DNA of 64,000 nucleotides. Source: an uncultured Chloroflexia bacterium (lineage in GTDB: Bacteria; Chloroflexota; Chloroflexia; QHBQ01; JADMIH01). The stretch lies in NCBI GenBank assembly GCA_963797095.1, contig CAWCNY010000003.1:832001-896000 (forward strand). The letters run 5' to 3'. The notes beneath the pieces are model-generated. The model did not search any database and had not been told where the DNA came from. It worked only from the letters and a program-made list of their open reading frames with translations. Positions 28,549-39,053 of this stretch are shown here, one piece after another. A program made the translations under genes and the position numbers. Position 1 is the stretch's first letter; each line of letters opens with the position of its first letter.

Positions 28549-31233
28549 ATGGATTCCATTCTACTGGCAACCAAACTCCAGATTCCCCCGCAATCCTCTC
28601 ACGTGGTGCGGCGCACCCGCCTGGTCGATGCACTCGAACAAGCTGTCCCGCGCTACAAGGTGATCTTGCTCTCGGCTCCTGCCGGCTACGGCAAGACCAC
28701 CCTACTTTCACAATGGGCAACCACCAGCCGCTTCCCGGTGGCCTGGCTTTCTATCAGCGAGGAAGACAACGACCTGGATCGCTTCTTCCGCTACCTCCTG
28801 ACGGCCTGGGAGAAGATTCAGCCGGGCGTCAAAGAAAGCCGACTCGGCATCCTTTTGGGCGCGATGACCCCTGATAGCCGGGGGGTGCTATCGGCGTTCG
28901 TCAATCTCGCCAACGACCTCCCCGACCACGTCGTCTTTGTCCTCGACGATTACGATCTGATTGAAGACCCATCTATCCACCAGGCCCTGACCTTCCTGCT
29001 CGATCACCTCCCGCCAACCCTCCACTTCGTGCTGGCCGGGCGGGCCGGGCCGCCCCTCCCCCTCGCCCGCTACCGCGCACGCCATCAGTTGATCGAGCTC
29101 CGCAGCGAGGACCTCCAATTCGTGCAGGACGAAGCGGTCGATTTCCTCAACCAAATGATGGGGCTTGATCTTGCCCAGGATCAGGTAGCCAGGCTGCAAG
29201 TCCAGCTTGAAGGTTGGATCGCCGGTCTGCAATTGATGGCGCTGAGCCTCCAGCGCCATCGCCCGCAGGATGGTTCCAGGGAAACGGATAATCTCCTCGT
29301 TACCGGCAGACATCGCTTCGTCGCCGATTACCTCAGCGAGGACGTTCTCGCCCGCCTGCCGGGCGACATACGGCAATTCCTCCTTCAAACTGCTATCCTG
29401 GACGGGCTTTGCGGTTCGTTGTGCGACGCAGTCACCGAGAGCGGAGGCGGCCAGCAACTCCTTGAGCTATTGGAACGAGAGAACCTTTTCCTGGTGCCTC
29501 TGGACGACAACCGCGAGTGGTTCCGCTACCACAATCTCTTCGCCGACTTTCTCCGGCAAGAGCTTAACCGCCAAGACCCCGGCCAGGTAGCCGGCCTCCA
29601 TCGCCGGGCCGCGCGCTGGTACCTGGCTCACGATCTGCCCGATCAAGCCCTCCATCACGCGGTGGCAGCGACCGATCCAGGCATCGCGCTGCAAATATTC
29701 GACCTCTACATCAACGTGAAGCTGAATACAGGCCAGTTGCGCGTCGTCAAACGCTGGCTCAACTCCCTGCCGGAGAAATGGCTTTCCAAATACCCTGCGT
29801 TCGGCATCGCCCAGGCAGGCTTGCTGATCTTCACCGGCGCGTTCGACGCTTGCGTGCGTCGCATTGATGAAATAGAGCGAAGCCTGGAACCTGTAGAGAG
29901 CACACAAGCCCGACAGCAGTTGGCAAAGGTGAACGCCGTTCGCTGCGCCGTCGCGTGCATTCAAAACGACGTGGCGCAAGCAGAAACTTACGCGGACCTG
30001 GCCCTCCAGGACATATCTGAGGAGGACGATACCTCGCTGCACCTGGCCTACGGCGCGCTTGGCGACGCCTACCGCCGCACAGGACGCTGGGAAGAAGCCA
30101 GACGGTGCTACCTCAAGCTGCTCGCCCTCCCACCCAACCCTTCCTATCATTTTCACTCGGTGCACATATTCGGGGCCCTGGCCGACCTCGAATTGCGGCA
30201 AGGCCGCTTGCGCAATGCCGCCGCATACTGGAAAAAGGCCCTCGCAGGCATCCAGGAACGCCAATCGTGGGGCAATTTCCCTCTCCCCCTGCACGGCTGG
30301 GTACACATCCGGGTGGGCGAGATCCTGTACGAGTGGAACGAGTTGGCCGAGGCCGGCGAGCACCTGTCGCGTGGGTTGGAGCGAGCCGAACTGGGGGGCG
30401 ACGTGCAGGCCATGATCGCGGGCTACCTCCTTGCGGGTCGCCTCAAGCTGACCACAGGCGACCCGCAAGCGGCAGGTGATTACCTGGAGCGGGCGCGCGC
30501 CCTGGTAGACAACGCTCAGTTTCCAGGTTGGACCACCCGCTTCCAACGCTTTCAACTCGAGTTCTGGCTGACCCAGGATAGGCTCCGGGATGCTGTTGGT
30601 TGGGCCGGCGAAATGGCGCGAAGCGGCTCACCGGAAGGTCAGCAGAACGACGAGGAAACGCAGCTCGCGCTGGCACGCTTTTTGCTCGCCAGGGGTGACA
30701 GTACATCCCTTGAGCAGGTGTTGTCACTGCTCGCGCCCCTGGTCCGCGAAGCGGAAACATCCGGCAGGATGGGCATCCAGATCGAGGCCCTCGCCCTTCA
30801 CGCTCTCGCTCACTGGCGGTGCGGCGATCACGTAAGCGCCATGACCTCCCTCGAACGCGCCTTGCGCCTGGCCGAACCTGAAGGGTACATTCGCCTTTTC
30901 GTTGACCTGGGGCTTCCAGTGGCCCGGCTACTCCAGGAAGCCCGTTCCCGCGACGTAATGCCCGATTATGTCGAAACGCTGCTCGCGGCCTTCGGCGGCG
31001 ACCCGTCTTCAGCAACCTCCACACAGCAAGCGTTGCCTGAGCCGCTTTCCCCTCGCGAGCAAGAGGTCTTGCGACTGCTCGCCGCCGGCCTCACCAACCA
31101 CGAGATCGGTGAGAGCCTGGTCATTTCATCGGAAACGGCCAAGAAGCACGTCGGCAATATATGCGCCAAGCTCGGCGTCCGCAACCGCACCGAGGCCGTC
31201 GCCAGGGCCAGAGAGCTTAACCTGCTCAACTAG
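28549..31233 (+). CDS. MalT-like LuxR family regulator (STAND ATPase)
   Basis: LLATKLQIP, APAGYGKTT, LDDY, EGWIAGLQL, WFRYHNLF, C-terminal LuxR HTH. Confidence 0.93.
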   Translation: MDSILLATKLQIPPQSSHVVRRTRLVDALEQAVPRYKVILLSAPAGYGKTTLLSQWATTSRFPVAWLSISEEDNDLDRFFRYLLTAWEKIQPGVKESRLGILLGAMTPDSRGVLSAFVNLANDLPDHVVFVLDDYDLIEDPSIHQALTFLLDHLPPTLHFVLAGRAGPPLPLARYRARHQLIELRSEDLQFVQDEAVDFLNQMMGLDLAQDQVARLQVQLEGWIAGLQLMALSLQRHRPQDGSRETDNLLVTGRHRFVADYLSEDVLARLPGDIRQFLLQTAILDGLCGSLCDAVTESGGGQQLLELLERENLFLVPLDDNREWFRYHNLFADFLRQELNRQDPGQVAGLHRRAARWYLAHDLPDQALHHAVAATDPGIALQIFDLYINVKLNTGQLRVVKRWLNSLPEKWLSKYPAFGIAQAGLLIFTGAFDACVRRIDEIERSLEPVESTQARQQLAKVNAVRCAVACIQNDVAQAETYADLALQDISEEDDTSLHLAYGALGDAYRRTGRWEEARRCYLKLLALPPNPSYHFHSVHIFGALADLELRQGRLRNAAAYWKKALAGIQERQSWGNFPLPLHGWVHIRVGEILYEWNELAEAGEHLSRGLERAELGGDVQAMIAGYLLAGRLKLTTGDPQAAGDYLERARALVDNAQFPGWTTRFQRFQLEFWLTQDRLRDAVGWAGEMARSGSPEGQQNDEETQLALARFLLARGDSTSLEQVLSLLAPLVREAETSGRMGIQIEALALHALAHWRCGDHVSAMTSLERALRLAEPEGYIRLFVDLGLPVARLLQEARSRDVMPDYVETLLAAFGGDPSSATSTQQALPEPLSPREQEVLRLLAAGLTNHEIGESLVISSETAKKHVGNICAKLGVRNRTEAVARARELNLLN

Positions 31234-31413
31234 CCTCGCCGCTCCCCACACAATCAAGAATACCCATCCTCAGTACGCCATCCACCCCAGGCCGAGTACA
31301 ATACCCCACTCGAATGCCCCGTTTGGGGCATCATCTTTTCGCGCCGTCCATTTACACTCAGAATCAAGAATGTGCCCAATAGGGCCTCAATAGAACGAAA
31401 GGGAGTTGCAACT

Positions 31414-32655
31414 ATGGAAAGAATAGAAACTGTAATCGTTGGCGGCGGGCAAGCTGGACTGGCAACAAGCTACTATCTTACGCAAGCGGGGCACGAGCAC
31501 GTTGTTCTGGAGCGGGCAGCCCAGGCGGGCAACGCCTGGCGCAATGGCCGCTGGGATTCCTTCACGCTGGTCACTCCCAACTGGACCTTCAAGATGCCCG
31601 GCGCGGAGTACGACGGCCCCGACCGCGGTGCCTATATGCCGCGTGACGAGGTCGTCTCATACTTCGAACGCTACATCGAGCGCTTCCAGGTGCCAATACG
31701 CTACAACACGGGCGTGCTCTCCATCCAGCCGCTGGATGGCAAAGGCTACAGGGTCCAAACCAGTGACCGTGTGATAGACGCGGATAACGTGGTAATAGCC
31801 ACCGGCCTGGAGCAGTCGCCCAGGATCCCGCCGTTCGCCAGGAACATCTGGCCCGGCATTACTCAGATGCACAGCAGCGCATATCGCAATCCCCGGTCGC
31901 TCCCCTCCGGTGCGGTGCTGGTCGTCGGCAGCGCGCAATCGGGCTGCCAGATCGCCGAAGAGCTATATCTCGACGGCAGGCAAGTTTACCTCGCCACGGG
32001 AAGTGCGGGCCGAGCGCCTCGCCGCTATCGAGGCAAAGATACCTTCGAGTGGCTGATCCTGATACACTTCCTCGACATCACGCCCGACAAACTGCCCATG
32101 CCACGGGAGCATTTTGCGGCCCCGCATATCTCCGGCACAAAAGGCGGGCATACACTGAACCTGCACCGCTTCGCCCGCGACGGCGTGAAGCTCCTGGGCC
32201 ACCTGCGAGGTGCCGACAACAACAAGCTCACATTCGCGCCCGATCTGAAAGAGAACCTGGCGAAATCTGATGGGTTCGAGATGCAGGTTCGCAAAATGGT
32301 GGACGAATACATCCAGGCGAACGGCCTCGACTTGCCGCCGGACGAGCTACCTCAACTGCGCGACGGCTACGAGCAACCGATCATCGAAGAGCTTGATCTG
32401 GCGGAGGCAGGCATCAGCACCATCATCTGGGCCACCGGCTACACCTTCGACTTCAGCCTGGTGAAGCTCCCCGTCTGCGACGCGGATGGCTTCCCCATAC
32501 AGACGAGAGGCGTAACCAACTATGAGGGGCTTTACTTCGTAGGTATGCCCTGGATGCCCTCCCTGAAAACAGGCATCCTGGTGGGCGTTGGCGAATCCGC
32601 CCGGCACATCGCCTCCAACATAGTGGAGACCTACGCATACGCGAACAGGCGATAA
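31414..32655 (+). CDS. Flavin-containing monooxygenase / NAD(P)-FAD oxidoreductase
   Basis: VGGGQAGL, RWDSF, HSSAYRNP, VVGSAQSGCQIAEEL, IWATGY. Confidence 0.9.
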   Translation: MERIETVIVGGGQAGLATSYYLTQAGHEHVVLERAAQAGNAWRNGRWDSFTLVTPNWTFKMPGAEYDGPDRGAYMPRDEVVSYFERYIERFQVPIRYNTGVLSIQPLDGKGYRVQTSDRVIDADNVVIATGLEQSPRIPPFARNIWPGITQMHSSAYRNPRSLPSGAVLVVGSAQSGCQIAEELYLDGRQVYLATGSAGRAPRRYRGKDTFEWLILIHFLDITPDKLPMPREHFAAPHISGTKGGHTLNLHRFARDGVKLLGHLRGADNNKLTFAPDLKENLAKSDGFEMQVRKMVDEYIQANGLDLPPDELPQLRDGYEQPIIEELDLAEAGISTIIWATGYTFDFSLVKLPVCDADGFPIQTRGVTNYEGLYFVGMPWMPSLKTGILVGVGESARHIASNIVETYAYANRR

Positions 32656-32686
32656 GGCGGGTCACTTCAGCCACGAGGTAACAAAG

Positions 32687-33505
32687 CTACACAGAATAGA
32701 AATACCAGGGGATCCCCAGCAGGGCCTCACCGCCAAGCATCAACCCAAGCCCTATCAGAAACACGCCCAGCGGCACCACCAGCCGCCTGCCCCACGACGC
32801 GTTCTTCTCGGCCCACATCACCATCCCAAGCACCAGCATCCCGCCTATGCTACCCGCCACCCCAACGAGCATCAGCAGCATCATGGCCCAGCAGCACCCG
32901 ACGCACGCGATCCCCTCGCGCACCCCCAGCAGCAAGGGCCATCTTCGCCACCTTCGCTCGTCCTCCACAGGGGCAAGCGAAGGTGGCGAGCACACACTGT
33001 GTATGGACAGGCGCTTCAGGGGCATGAACTGGTAGATCCCGGCAAGAACCAGCGCCATCGGACCGATCAGGCCACTTGCTTCCAGCGCCAACCCGAACGC
33101 CTGGAGGAGAGCTTGCAGAGCCAGGTGCGCGCCAATGCCGAAGGCCGTCCACACCAATACATAACCACCAAGCAGCAGGAAGATCGATCTCGCACGCGCT
33201 CCGGGGCCAGCTATCGCACCGGAGAATCGCCCCACGAGGGGCAGCACAGTTGGCAGCATCATAGCCACCACCATAAGAGCCCAACCCCCGGCGAAAAACG
33301 CCAGCGCCAACACACCGCTCTCTTGCGTACCCGCCGGACCTGCTACTGACGCGTGCCCTGCGTGGCCCATAGAGTGCCCAAGGGGCGACTGCTCCAGCGC
33401 GAACAACGAGAGCCAAGCCGCTATTATCAACCCGACCAGTACGATCAGCACCGGCCTTTGTGCGATACTATTCAGCTGGATAGCTCTCAATTGCCTCAAT
33501 TGCAT
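32687..33505 (-). CDS. DUF2182 putative metal-binding membrane protein
   Basis: WALMVVAMMLP, YQFMPLK, CVGCCWAMM, EK motif. Confidence 0.85.
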   Translation of the reverse strand: MQLRQLRAIQLNSIAQRPVLIVLVGLIIAAWLSLFALEQSPLGHSMGHAGHASVAGPAGTQESGVLALAFFAGGWALMVVAMMLPTVLPLVGRFSGAIAGPGARARSIFLLLGGYVLVWTAFGIGAHLALQALLQAFGLALEASGLIGPMALVLAGIYQFMPLKRLSIHSVCSPPSLAPVEDERRWRRWPLLLGVREGIACVGCCWAMMLLMLVGVAGSIGGMLVLGMVMWAEKNASWGRRLVVPLGVFLIGLGLMLGGEALLGIPWYFYSV

Positions 33506-33567
33506 GGTACCTGCAACCTTTTCCCTATTATACCCGGGTACCCTGCATGACGGCTACAGCCACTCTC

Positions 33568-34620
33568 TCAGGCCGACGAGCGCGGGATGAAGTGGCAGGC
33601 GATCTTATGCTGCACCGGCTCGGTCTCGTATCCGTTCTCGCTGTGGTCGAGCAAATATTGCACCGCCCATTGGCCCATCTGGTAGTGCGGTAGCTCCATT
33701 GTCGAGAGCGGCGGGTAGAGCTGCGCCGCGATCAGCTCCAGGTTATCGAAGCCGATCACCGCCACGTCATCCGGGATCGACATTCCCAGCTTGCGCAGCG
33801 CATCGTACACGCCCATCGCCGTCAGATCGTTGAAGCAAAAGAGAGCGGTAGGCGGCTCCGCGAGGTGCATAAGCTCCATTGCGCAGCGATACCCGCCGCT
33901 GCTCTGGGTGGTCGCTCCATACTGGATAAGGCGGCTGTCGAATGGCACGTTGTAGGCTGCCAGCGCTCGCTTGTAACCCTCCAGGCGCTCCTGTTGCGCT
34001 GGCATGGGGTCCACATTGTTGATGAAACCGATCCGGCGGTGGCCTTTCTGCAGCAGCACCTCGGTGGCTGTCCTGGCACCCTGCACTTCGTCCGGCACCA
34101 CCGATGGCAGCGAGCGGTCATCCACGTAGCAGTCAAGCAGCACTACCGGTGCCTGAGAGATCGACTGCGGCGGGGTGACGCTGTGATGGAACATTGTCGA
34201 GTAAATGATCCCCTCGACCTGCCGCGCCAGCAGCATCTCGATAGCGTCGCGCTCGATCTTGCTGTTGCGGCCCGTATTGAACAGCAGCACCATCTTATCG
34301 TTGGCCCAGGCCGCATCCTGCGCCCCTTTGACACTCTTCCAGGCAAGGGGAGTCGACACGAGCTCGTCCGAGACAAATCCATCGGAGATGAAGCCGATGG
34401 TGTGAGAGCGCCGAGAAATAAGCCCGCGAGCCATCGCGTTAGGTCGCCAGTTCAGTTCCCTTATGGCTACCCACACGCGATCCTTGGTCTCCTGCGGGAT
34501 GCTGGTGTCCTGCACATCGTTCACGACGAACGACACAGTGGTTGGCGATACACCCGCCAGCCGGGCAACGTCCTGTATGGAAGGCTTCTTCAGCTTTGAG
34601 CGCCCCGGTTTGTCCGACAT
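33568..34620 (-). CDS. LacI family transcriptional regulator
   Basis: SIQDVARLAGVSPTTVSFV HTH, PNAMARGL hinge, FNDLTAMG, IGFDN. Confidence 0.95.
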   Translation of the reverse strand: MSDKPGRSKLKKPSIQDVARLAGVSPTTVSFVVNDVQDTSIPQETKDRVWVAIRELNWRPNAMARGLISRRSHTIGFISDGFVSDELVSTPLAWKSVKGAQDAAWANDKMVLLFNTGRNSKIERDAIEMLLARQVEGIIYSTMFHHSVTPPQSISQAPVVLLDCYVDDRSLPSVVPDEVQGARTATEVLLQKGHRRIGFINNVDPMPAQQERLEGYKRALAAYNVPFDSRLIQYGATTQSSGGYRCAMELMHLAEPPTALFCFNDLTAMGVYDALRKLGMSIPDDVAVIGFDNLELIAAQLYPPLSTMELPHYQMGQWAVQYLLDHSENGYETEPVQHKIACHFIPRSSA

Positions 34621-34716
34621 AACTATGTCTCAGGCGTGTCAGGAGGTCGGCCCGCAGGGCCTTCACGCCCACGCTGGCCTCAATCAATCTCCGTAACTAA
34701 CTGGTTTGAACTCGCT

Positions 34717-34745
34717 AGCATAGCTCTAGCACGCCGCTTTGTCAA
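34717..34745 (-). promoter_or_regulatory. sigma70-type promoter of the lacI-family gene
   Basis: TTGACA-N17-TATGCT on the minus strand. Confidence 0.6.
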
Positions 34746-34928
34746 GTAGGCTTAAGAGTGTAAATAGGGCTTATGCGTGCTAATTCGCTGCCCCTCGCTA
34801 GTGAAGTGGCCACGCACGAAGAGTTGCCCGCCCGAGCTACAGCTACAGCCCGGCTACGCATGCGAACCTGATCTCGTTGGCCGTTCTGATTTAGCATGCA
34901 TAAGCCCTAATTTACTCCTGATAACCTA

Positions 34929-34972
34929 TTGACAAGACACTCCTCTGGTAGTATCATCCTAAAACGATTTAC
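34929..34972 (+). promoter_or_regulatory. sigma70-type promoter plus LacI-type operator of the sugar ABC operon
   Basis: TTGACA-N17-TATCAT followed by TAAAACGATTTA (CG-centred LacI-like palindrome). Confidence 0.65.
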
Positions 34973-35510
34973 CAAACCCATCAGGGTCAACCCGTTGGTT
35001 GCAGGCGCAGTTGGGTAAGAGGGCTCTACCGTACTGCGACTTCCCTTGTTCGTGGTTGCTGAACGTTACCAGGATTGTCGCGTTGTGCCAGGCCATCTGC
35101 GTACCGGCCTATTGACGAGCCTGGTAGCACGATTCCGGCACACTACAGAGAAATAACGGTTGCGGCTGTCGCACACAGCGCACCTCCACTGGCAGCACTT
35201 GCGCATTATCGAATACAATACACGCTACCACGCGCGCGTGGCTCCATGCGGTCACCGTGCGGTTGTGGGCAGCCACCTTTCATAACTCATAGCCTGCCAA
35301 CCACCAACCCGAATATGTGGCCCTAACGCAACCCAAAAGGAGGTGATTCTCGGCGAAGCTCTCAAGCATTCTGCAAAACGCTTAGCCACGCCTGATTTCG
35401 CGATCTGCAACTGAACTATTCGACAGGCCGCCGCCCGGACGCGGCGCATTCATGGGCAAAGTCCGGGCCCAGTATTGTGCAACGTAGTAAGTTGAACAGG
35501 AGGAAAGTCA

Positions 35511-36902
35511 ATGAAGTCTACCAAGTATAGCTGGTTGGTAATCGTGATGATCTTTGCGACGCTCTTGCTGAGCGCCTGCGGCGGCGATGCTACCCCAACC
35601 ACGGGCACGGCAGCAAACCCCACCGATACAGCGGGCTCCGTACAGGCAGCCGCCACGGATACGCCTGCCGCAGCCGCAGTACCGACCGATACGCCCGCTG
35701 CGGCTGCCGCGGGACCGACCGATACGGTCGAACCAACCGCCGTCTCCCTGGGCGATCCGAGTACGGCCAAAACCACAATTACCATCTGGCACTCGTGGGC
35801 CTCTGACTATCTCAGCCCCAAAGAGGCCATTTTCGCCGCATATGTACAGCAGCACCCGGATGTTGCCATCAAGCTGCTCAATGTATCTGACATCAGCACA
35901 AAAGCCCAGAACGCCGTACCCGCTGGCGTCGGCCCCGATATCATCGCCTGGGTAGACGACCAGATCGGCTCGAACGCGCTGGTAGGCGTGATCGATCCGC
36001 TCGACGGCATAGATGGCATCGACCAGGATTACTTGAAAGCCAACTATCCGGAAGTGGCCGTCAACGCCATGACCTATGACGGCAAGATTTACGGCCTGCC
36101 CGAAACGATGGAGGCGATCACCTTCATCTACAACAAGAAGCTGATCTCCGAAGACCAGCTGCCCAAGACCACCACCGAGCTGAAGCAGAAGATGGCCGAT
36201 TACAACAACGCGAACGCCGGTATGTACTTCGCCGTGTGGGATCCCAACAACGCCTACTCCAACGCTCCCTGGTTCTACGGCGCTGGCGGTCAGTATGTGG
36301 ACGACCAGGGTAACGCTCACCTCAATTCTTCCCAGGCCCTCGCTACGGCCCAGTTCATACGCAGCCTGCAAGGCCTTATGCCCAAGGATATCGACGGCAA
36401 CACCGCGGACGCTCTGTTCAACGATGGCAAGGCAGCTATTGAGCTGACAGGCCCATGGCGCATCGCCGACCTGAAGAGCTCCGGCATGGACTTTGGGCTG
36501 GCTAAGATACCGATGGTTGACTTCGGTGACACCGGCCCGGCCCGCCCGTTCGTCGGCGTCAAGTGCCTCATGCTTGCCCACGGCAGCAAGAACGCCGACG
36601 TGGCCGCCGACATCATGAAGTTCTACACCTCCAGCGAGGAGTTGGAGACTATGGCCAAGGGCACAGGCGAGGTGCCGGCCGCCACCCAAGCCGCCAATGA
36701 CCTCAGCAGCAATCCGGTGGTGGCAGGTTTCAACGCCCAGGCAGTAGACGGCGTGCCCCTGCCCAACACCCCCTTCATGGGTGCCCTCTGGGACCCGGCG
36801 GCCAAGGCCTACTCGGCCCTCTGGTCCGGCACGGACGATCCCCAGACTATCATGACAGCATCTCAGCAAGCAGCGACCTCCGCTCTTGCGAAGATGAAGT
36901 AG
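35511..36902 (+). CDS. Maltose/maltodextrin ABC substrate-binding lipoprotein (MalE-like)
   Basis: Lipobox LSAC, GPDII, YGLP..ME, GPW, PFVGV, PLPNTPFM. Confidence 0.88.
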   Translation: MKSTKYSWLVIVMIFATLLLSACGGDATPTTGTAANPTDTAGSVQAAATDTPAAAAVPTDTPAAAAAGPTDTVEPTAVSLGDPSTAKTTITIWHSWASDYLSPKEAIFAAYVQQHPDVAIKLLNVSDISTKAQNAVPAGVGPDIIAWVDDQIGSNALVGVIDPLDGIDGIDQDYLKANYPEVAVNAMTYDGKIYGLPETMEAITFIYNKKLISEDQLPKTTTELKQKMADYNNANAGMYFAVWDPNNAYSNAPWFYGAGGQYVDDQGNAHLNSSQALATAQFIRSLQGLMPKDIDGNTADALFNDGKAAIELTGPWRIADLKSSGMDFGLAKIPMVDFGDTGPARPFVGVKCLMLAHGSKNADVAADIMKFYTSSEELETMAKGTGEVPAATQAANDLSSNPVVAGFNAQAVDGVPLPNTPFMGALWDPAAKAYSALWSGTDDPQTIMTASQQAATSALAKMK

Positions 36903-36912
36903 GTTGGTTATC

Positions 36913-36945
36913 GAAGGCAAGGATGCTGAACGCATCCTTGCCTTC
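36913..36945 (+). terminator. Intercistronic stem-loop after the binding-protein gene
   Basis: Perfect 14-bp stem GAAGGCAAGGATGC/GCATCCTTGCCTTC. Confidence 0.7.
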
Positions 36946-36989
36946 CCTCTCATTCACATCACCGACTGTCCAATTTCGGAGGTAATGTT

Positions 36990-38009
36990 ATGGCACGTGG
37001 CACTCCTGTTGTCGCTGCGGCGGTCGTAGCGCAAACGCAAGGCGTTAACCGCGAGAGGCGTAGGCTCTATACTATCTCCGCGGCCTACATCGGCCCTGCT
37101 ATGCTCGGGATCTTTATTTTCAGTGTCATCCCGATCCTCTACACCCTCTTCACCTCGTTCACCAACCGCAACACCTTCCATTTCCCGGCGGCCCCCGATT
37201 TATTCGGCCCCCCCAAGACTGGGGCTTACACATTTATTGGCCTACAAAACTATGCCACCCTTTTCTGGGACTCCACCACCAGCACCTTCAACACCGATAT
37301 TTTCTCGGTGCTGGCCAACACCGTCCTGTACGCCGTGGTGTGCGTGGGGCTCTTCTTCGCCGTTGGGCTTGGCCTGGCGCTCCTCCTGAGCAGCCCCTAT
37401 GTTAAGCTCACCAGCCTCTTCCGCACGCTGATCATCGTGCCCTGGGCCGCGCCCGCGGTGCTCACCGCCCCCATCTGGAGGTTCTTTTTCAACAGCAACT
37501 TCGGCCCTATCGACCAGATTTTGCGCTCGATAGGCGTCGCCAACCCCCCTAACTGGCTGAGCGATCCCATATGGGCCTGGATCGGCGTTGTGCTCGTGAA
37601 CCTCTGGCTGAGCTACCCCTTCTTCATGTTCGTCATCATGGGCGCCCTCACCACTGTGCCCGCCGACCTCTATGAAGCGGCTCGCATTGATGGCGCGGGC
37701 TGGTGGACCCAACTCTTCCGGATCACGCTGCCGATGATTCGTCCGGCGGTGGTCCCCGTTATCATTCTCAGCCTGATAACGACCTTCCAAATGTTCAACA
37801 CAGTGTGGATCATCACTGCCGGAGGACCGTTCACGGCCATAGGCAAACCCGGCACCACGGAGTTCGTAATGCTCTATTCGTACCATTACGGCATTCAGCA
37901 GAATAACTTCGGCCTGATGAGCGCCTTCGCCGTGGTCCTGTTCATCCTACTATTTGCGATTACTATGTTGAACCTGCGCCTGACCAGTGCAAACAAAGGA
38001 GTGTCATAG
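36990..38009 (+). CDS. Carbohydrate ABC permease (MalF-like)
   Basis: LYEAARIDGA EAA motif; TM helices. Confidence 0.92.
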   Translation: MARGTPVVAAAVVAQTQGVNRERRRLYTISAAYIGPAMLGIFIFSVIPILYTLFTSFTNRNTFHFPAAPDLFGPPKTGAYTFIGLQNYATLFWDSTTSTFNTDIFSVLANTVLYAVVCVGLFFAVGLGLALLLSSPYVKLTSLFRTLIIVPWAAPAVLTAPIWRFFFNSNFGPIDQILRSIGVANPPNWLSDPIWAWIGVVLVNLWLSYPFFMFVIMGALTTVPADLYEAARIDGAGWWTQLFRITLPMIRPAVVPVIILSLITTFQMFNTVWIITAGGPFTAIGKPGTTEFVMLYSYHYGIQQNNFGLMSAFAVVLFILLFAITMLNLRLTSANKGVS

Positions 38010-38010
38010 C

Positions 38011-38937
38011 ATGAGCAGCATCGAATCCACGCAAGCAGCAGCCAGGCCCACACCTACCCATTTAGCCAGCGTGCAAGCACAGGCTGATGCGCTACGGCGC
38101 AAGCAGCGCCAGCAGTTCGTCTGGAAAAGCATCCTGGCGCACATCGCCGTGGTGATCTTCCTGATCTTTGCGATCTTTCCGATCTACTTCCTTGTCACGG
38201 CTGCCTTCCGCCCCGGCCAGGGGTTGTACAGCACCAACCTTGAGCTGATCCCAAGCACCGTCACCCTCGACAACTTCGACTACATGCTCAACCACACTGC
38301 CATGCTCACCTGGCTGAAGAACAGCGTTATCGTGGCCAGCGCTACCACCGTGCTGAGCGTCTGCCTCGCCACCCCGGCCGCCTACGCCTTCTCGCGCTGG
38401 AACTTCCCCGGTCGGGGCGCGATCCTGAGCGTCATGCTTGCCCTACAGGCCTTCCCCGCGATCCTCGCCCTGATCGCCATCTTCGTTATCTTCAAAGAGT
38501 TCCACATGCTCGATACCCTGTGGGGGCTGGTGATCGCCTACGCCTCAGGAGGTCTCGTCTTCGCGATCTGGAACACCAAAGGCTACTTCGACACTATCCC
38601 AGTCGAGTTGGAGGAATCGGCCCGCGTGGATGGCGCGACCGCCACGCAAACCTTCCTGCGGGTTATCCTGCCTCTGGCCCGCCCCGTGATCGCCGTCACC
38701 GCCCTCCTCGGTTTCATGGCCGGGTGGGGCGAGTACATCACCGCTCAGACCGTGCTCTTCAACGAGGACAACTACACCTCGATGGTCGGCCTGATCGGCC
38801 TGCAAACGGACTACAGCAAACCGTGGGGCTGGTTTGCGGTTGGCGCGATTTTTGCTATGGTGCCTGTGATGGCCGTCTTCATGGCGCTCCAGAAGAACCT
38901 GGTTGGAGGGCTAACAGCGGGCGGCGTAAAAGGCTAA
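38011..38937 (+). CDS. Carbohydrate ABC permease (MalG-like)
   Basis: KGYFDTIPVELEESARVDGA; GLTAGGVKG. Confidence 0.92.
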   Translation: MSSIESTQAAARPTPTHLASVQAQADALRRKQRQQFVWKSILAHIAVVIFLIFAIFPIYFLVTAAFRPGQGLYSTNLELIPSTVTLDNFDYMLNHTAMLTWLKNSVIVASATTVLSVCLATPAAYAFSRWNFPGRGAILSVMLALQAFPAILALIAIFVIFKEFHMLDTLWGLVIAYASGGLVFAIWNTKGYFDTIPVELEESARVDGATATQTFLRVILPLARPVIAVTALLGFMAGWGEYITAQTVLFNEDNYTSMVGLIGLQTDYSKPWGWFAVGAIFAMVPVMAVFMALQKNLVGGLTAGGVKG

Positions 38938-38959
38938 ACCCAGGCCCAAAATCGTAGTT

Positions 38960-38984
38960 GTAGGGGCGAGGCATGCCTCGCCCT
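38960..38984. repeat. GTAG-type REP-like palindrome
   Basis: GTAGGGGCGAGGCATGCCTCGCCCT. Confidence 0.7.
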
Positions 38985-39053
38985 TTGCATGATCACCTGC
39001 TTTGAAATAAGCACCAACCCACAGCAGCAGACCCGGATAACCAGAGAGCATAA

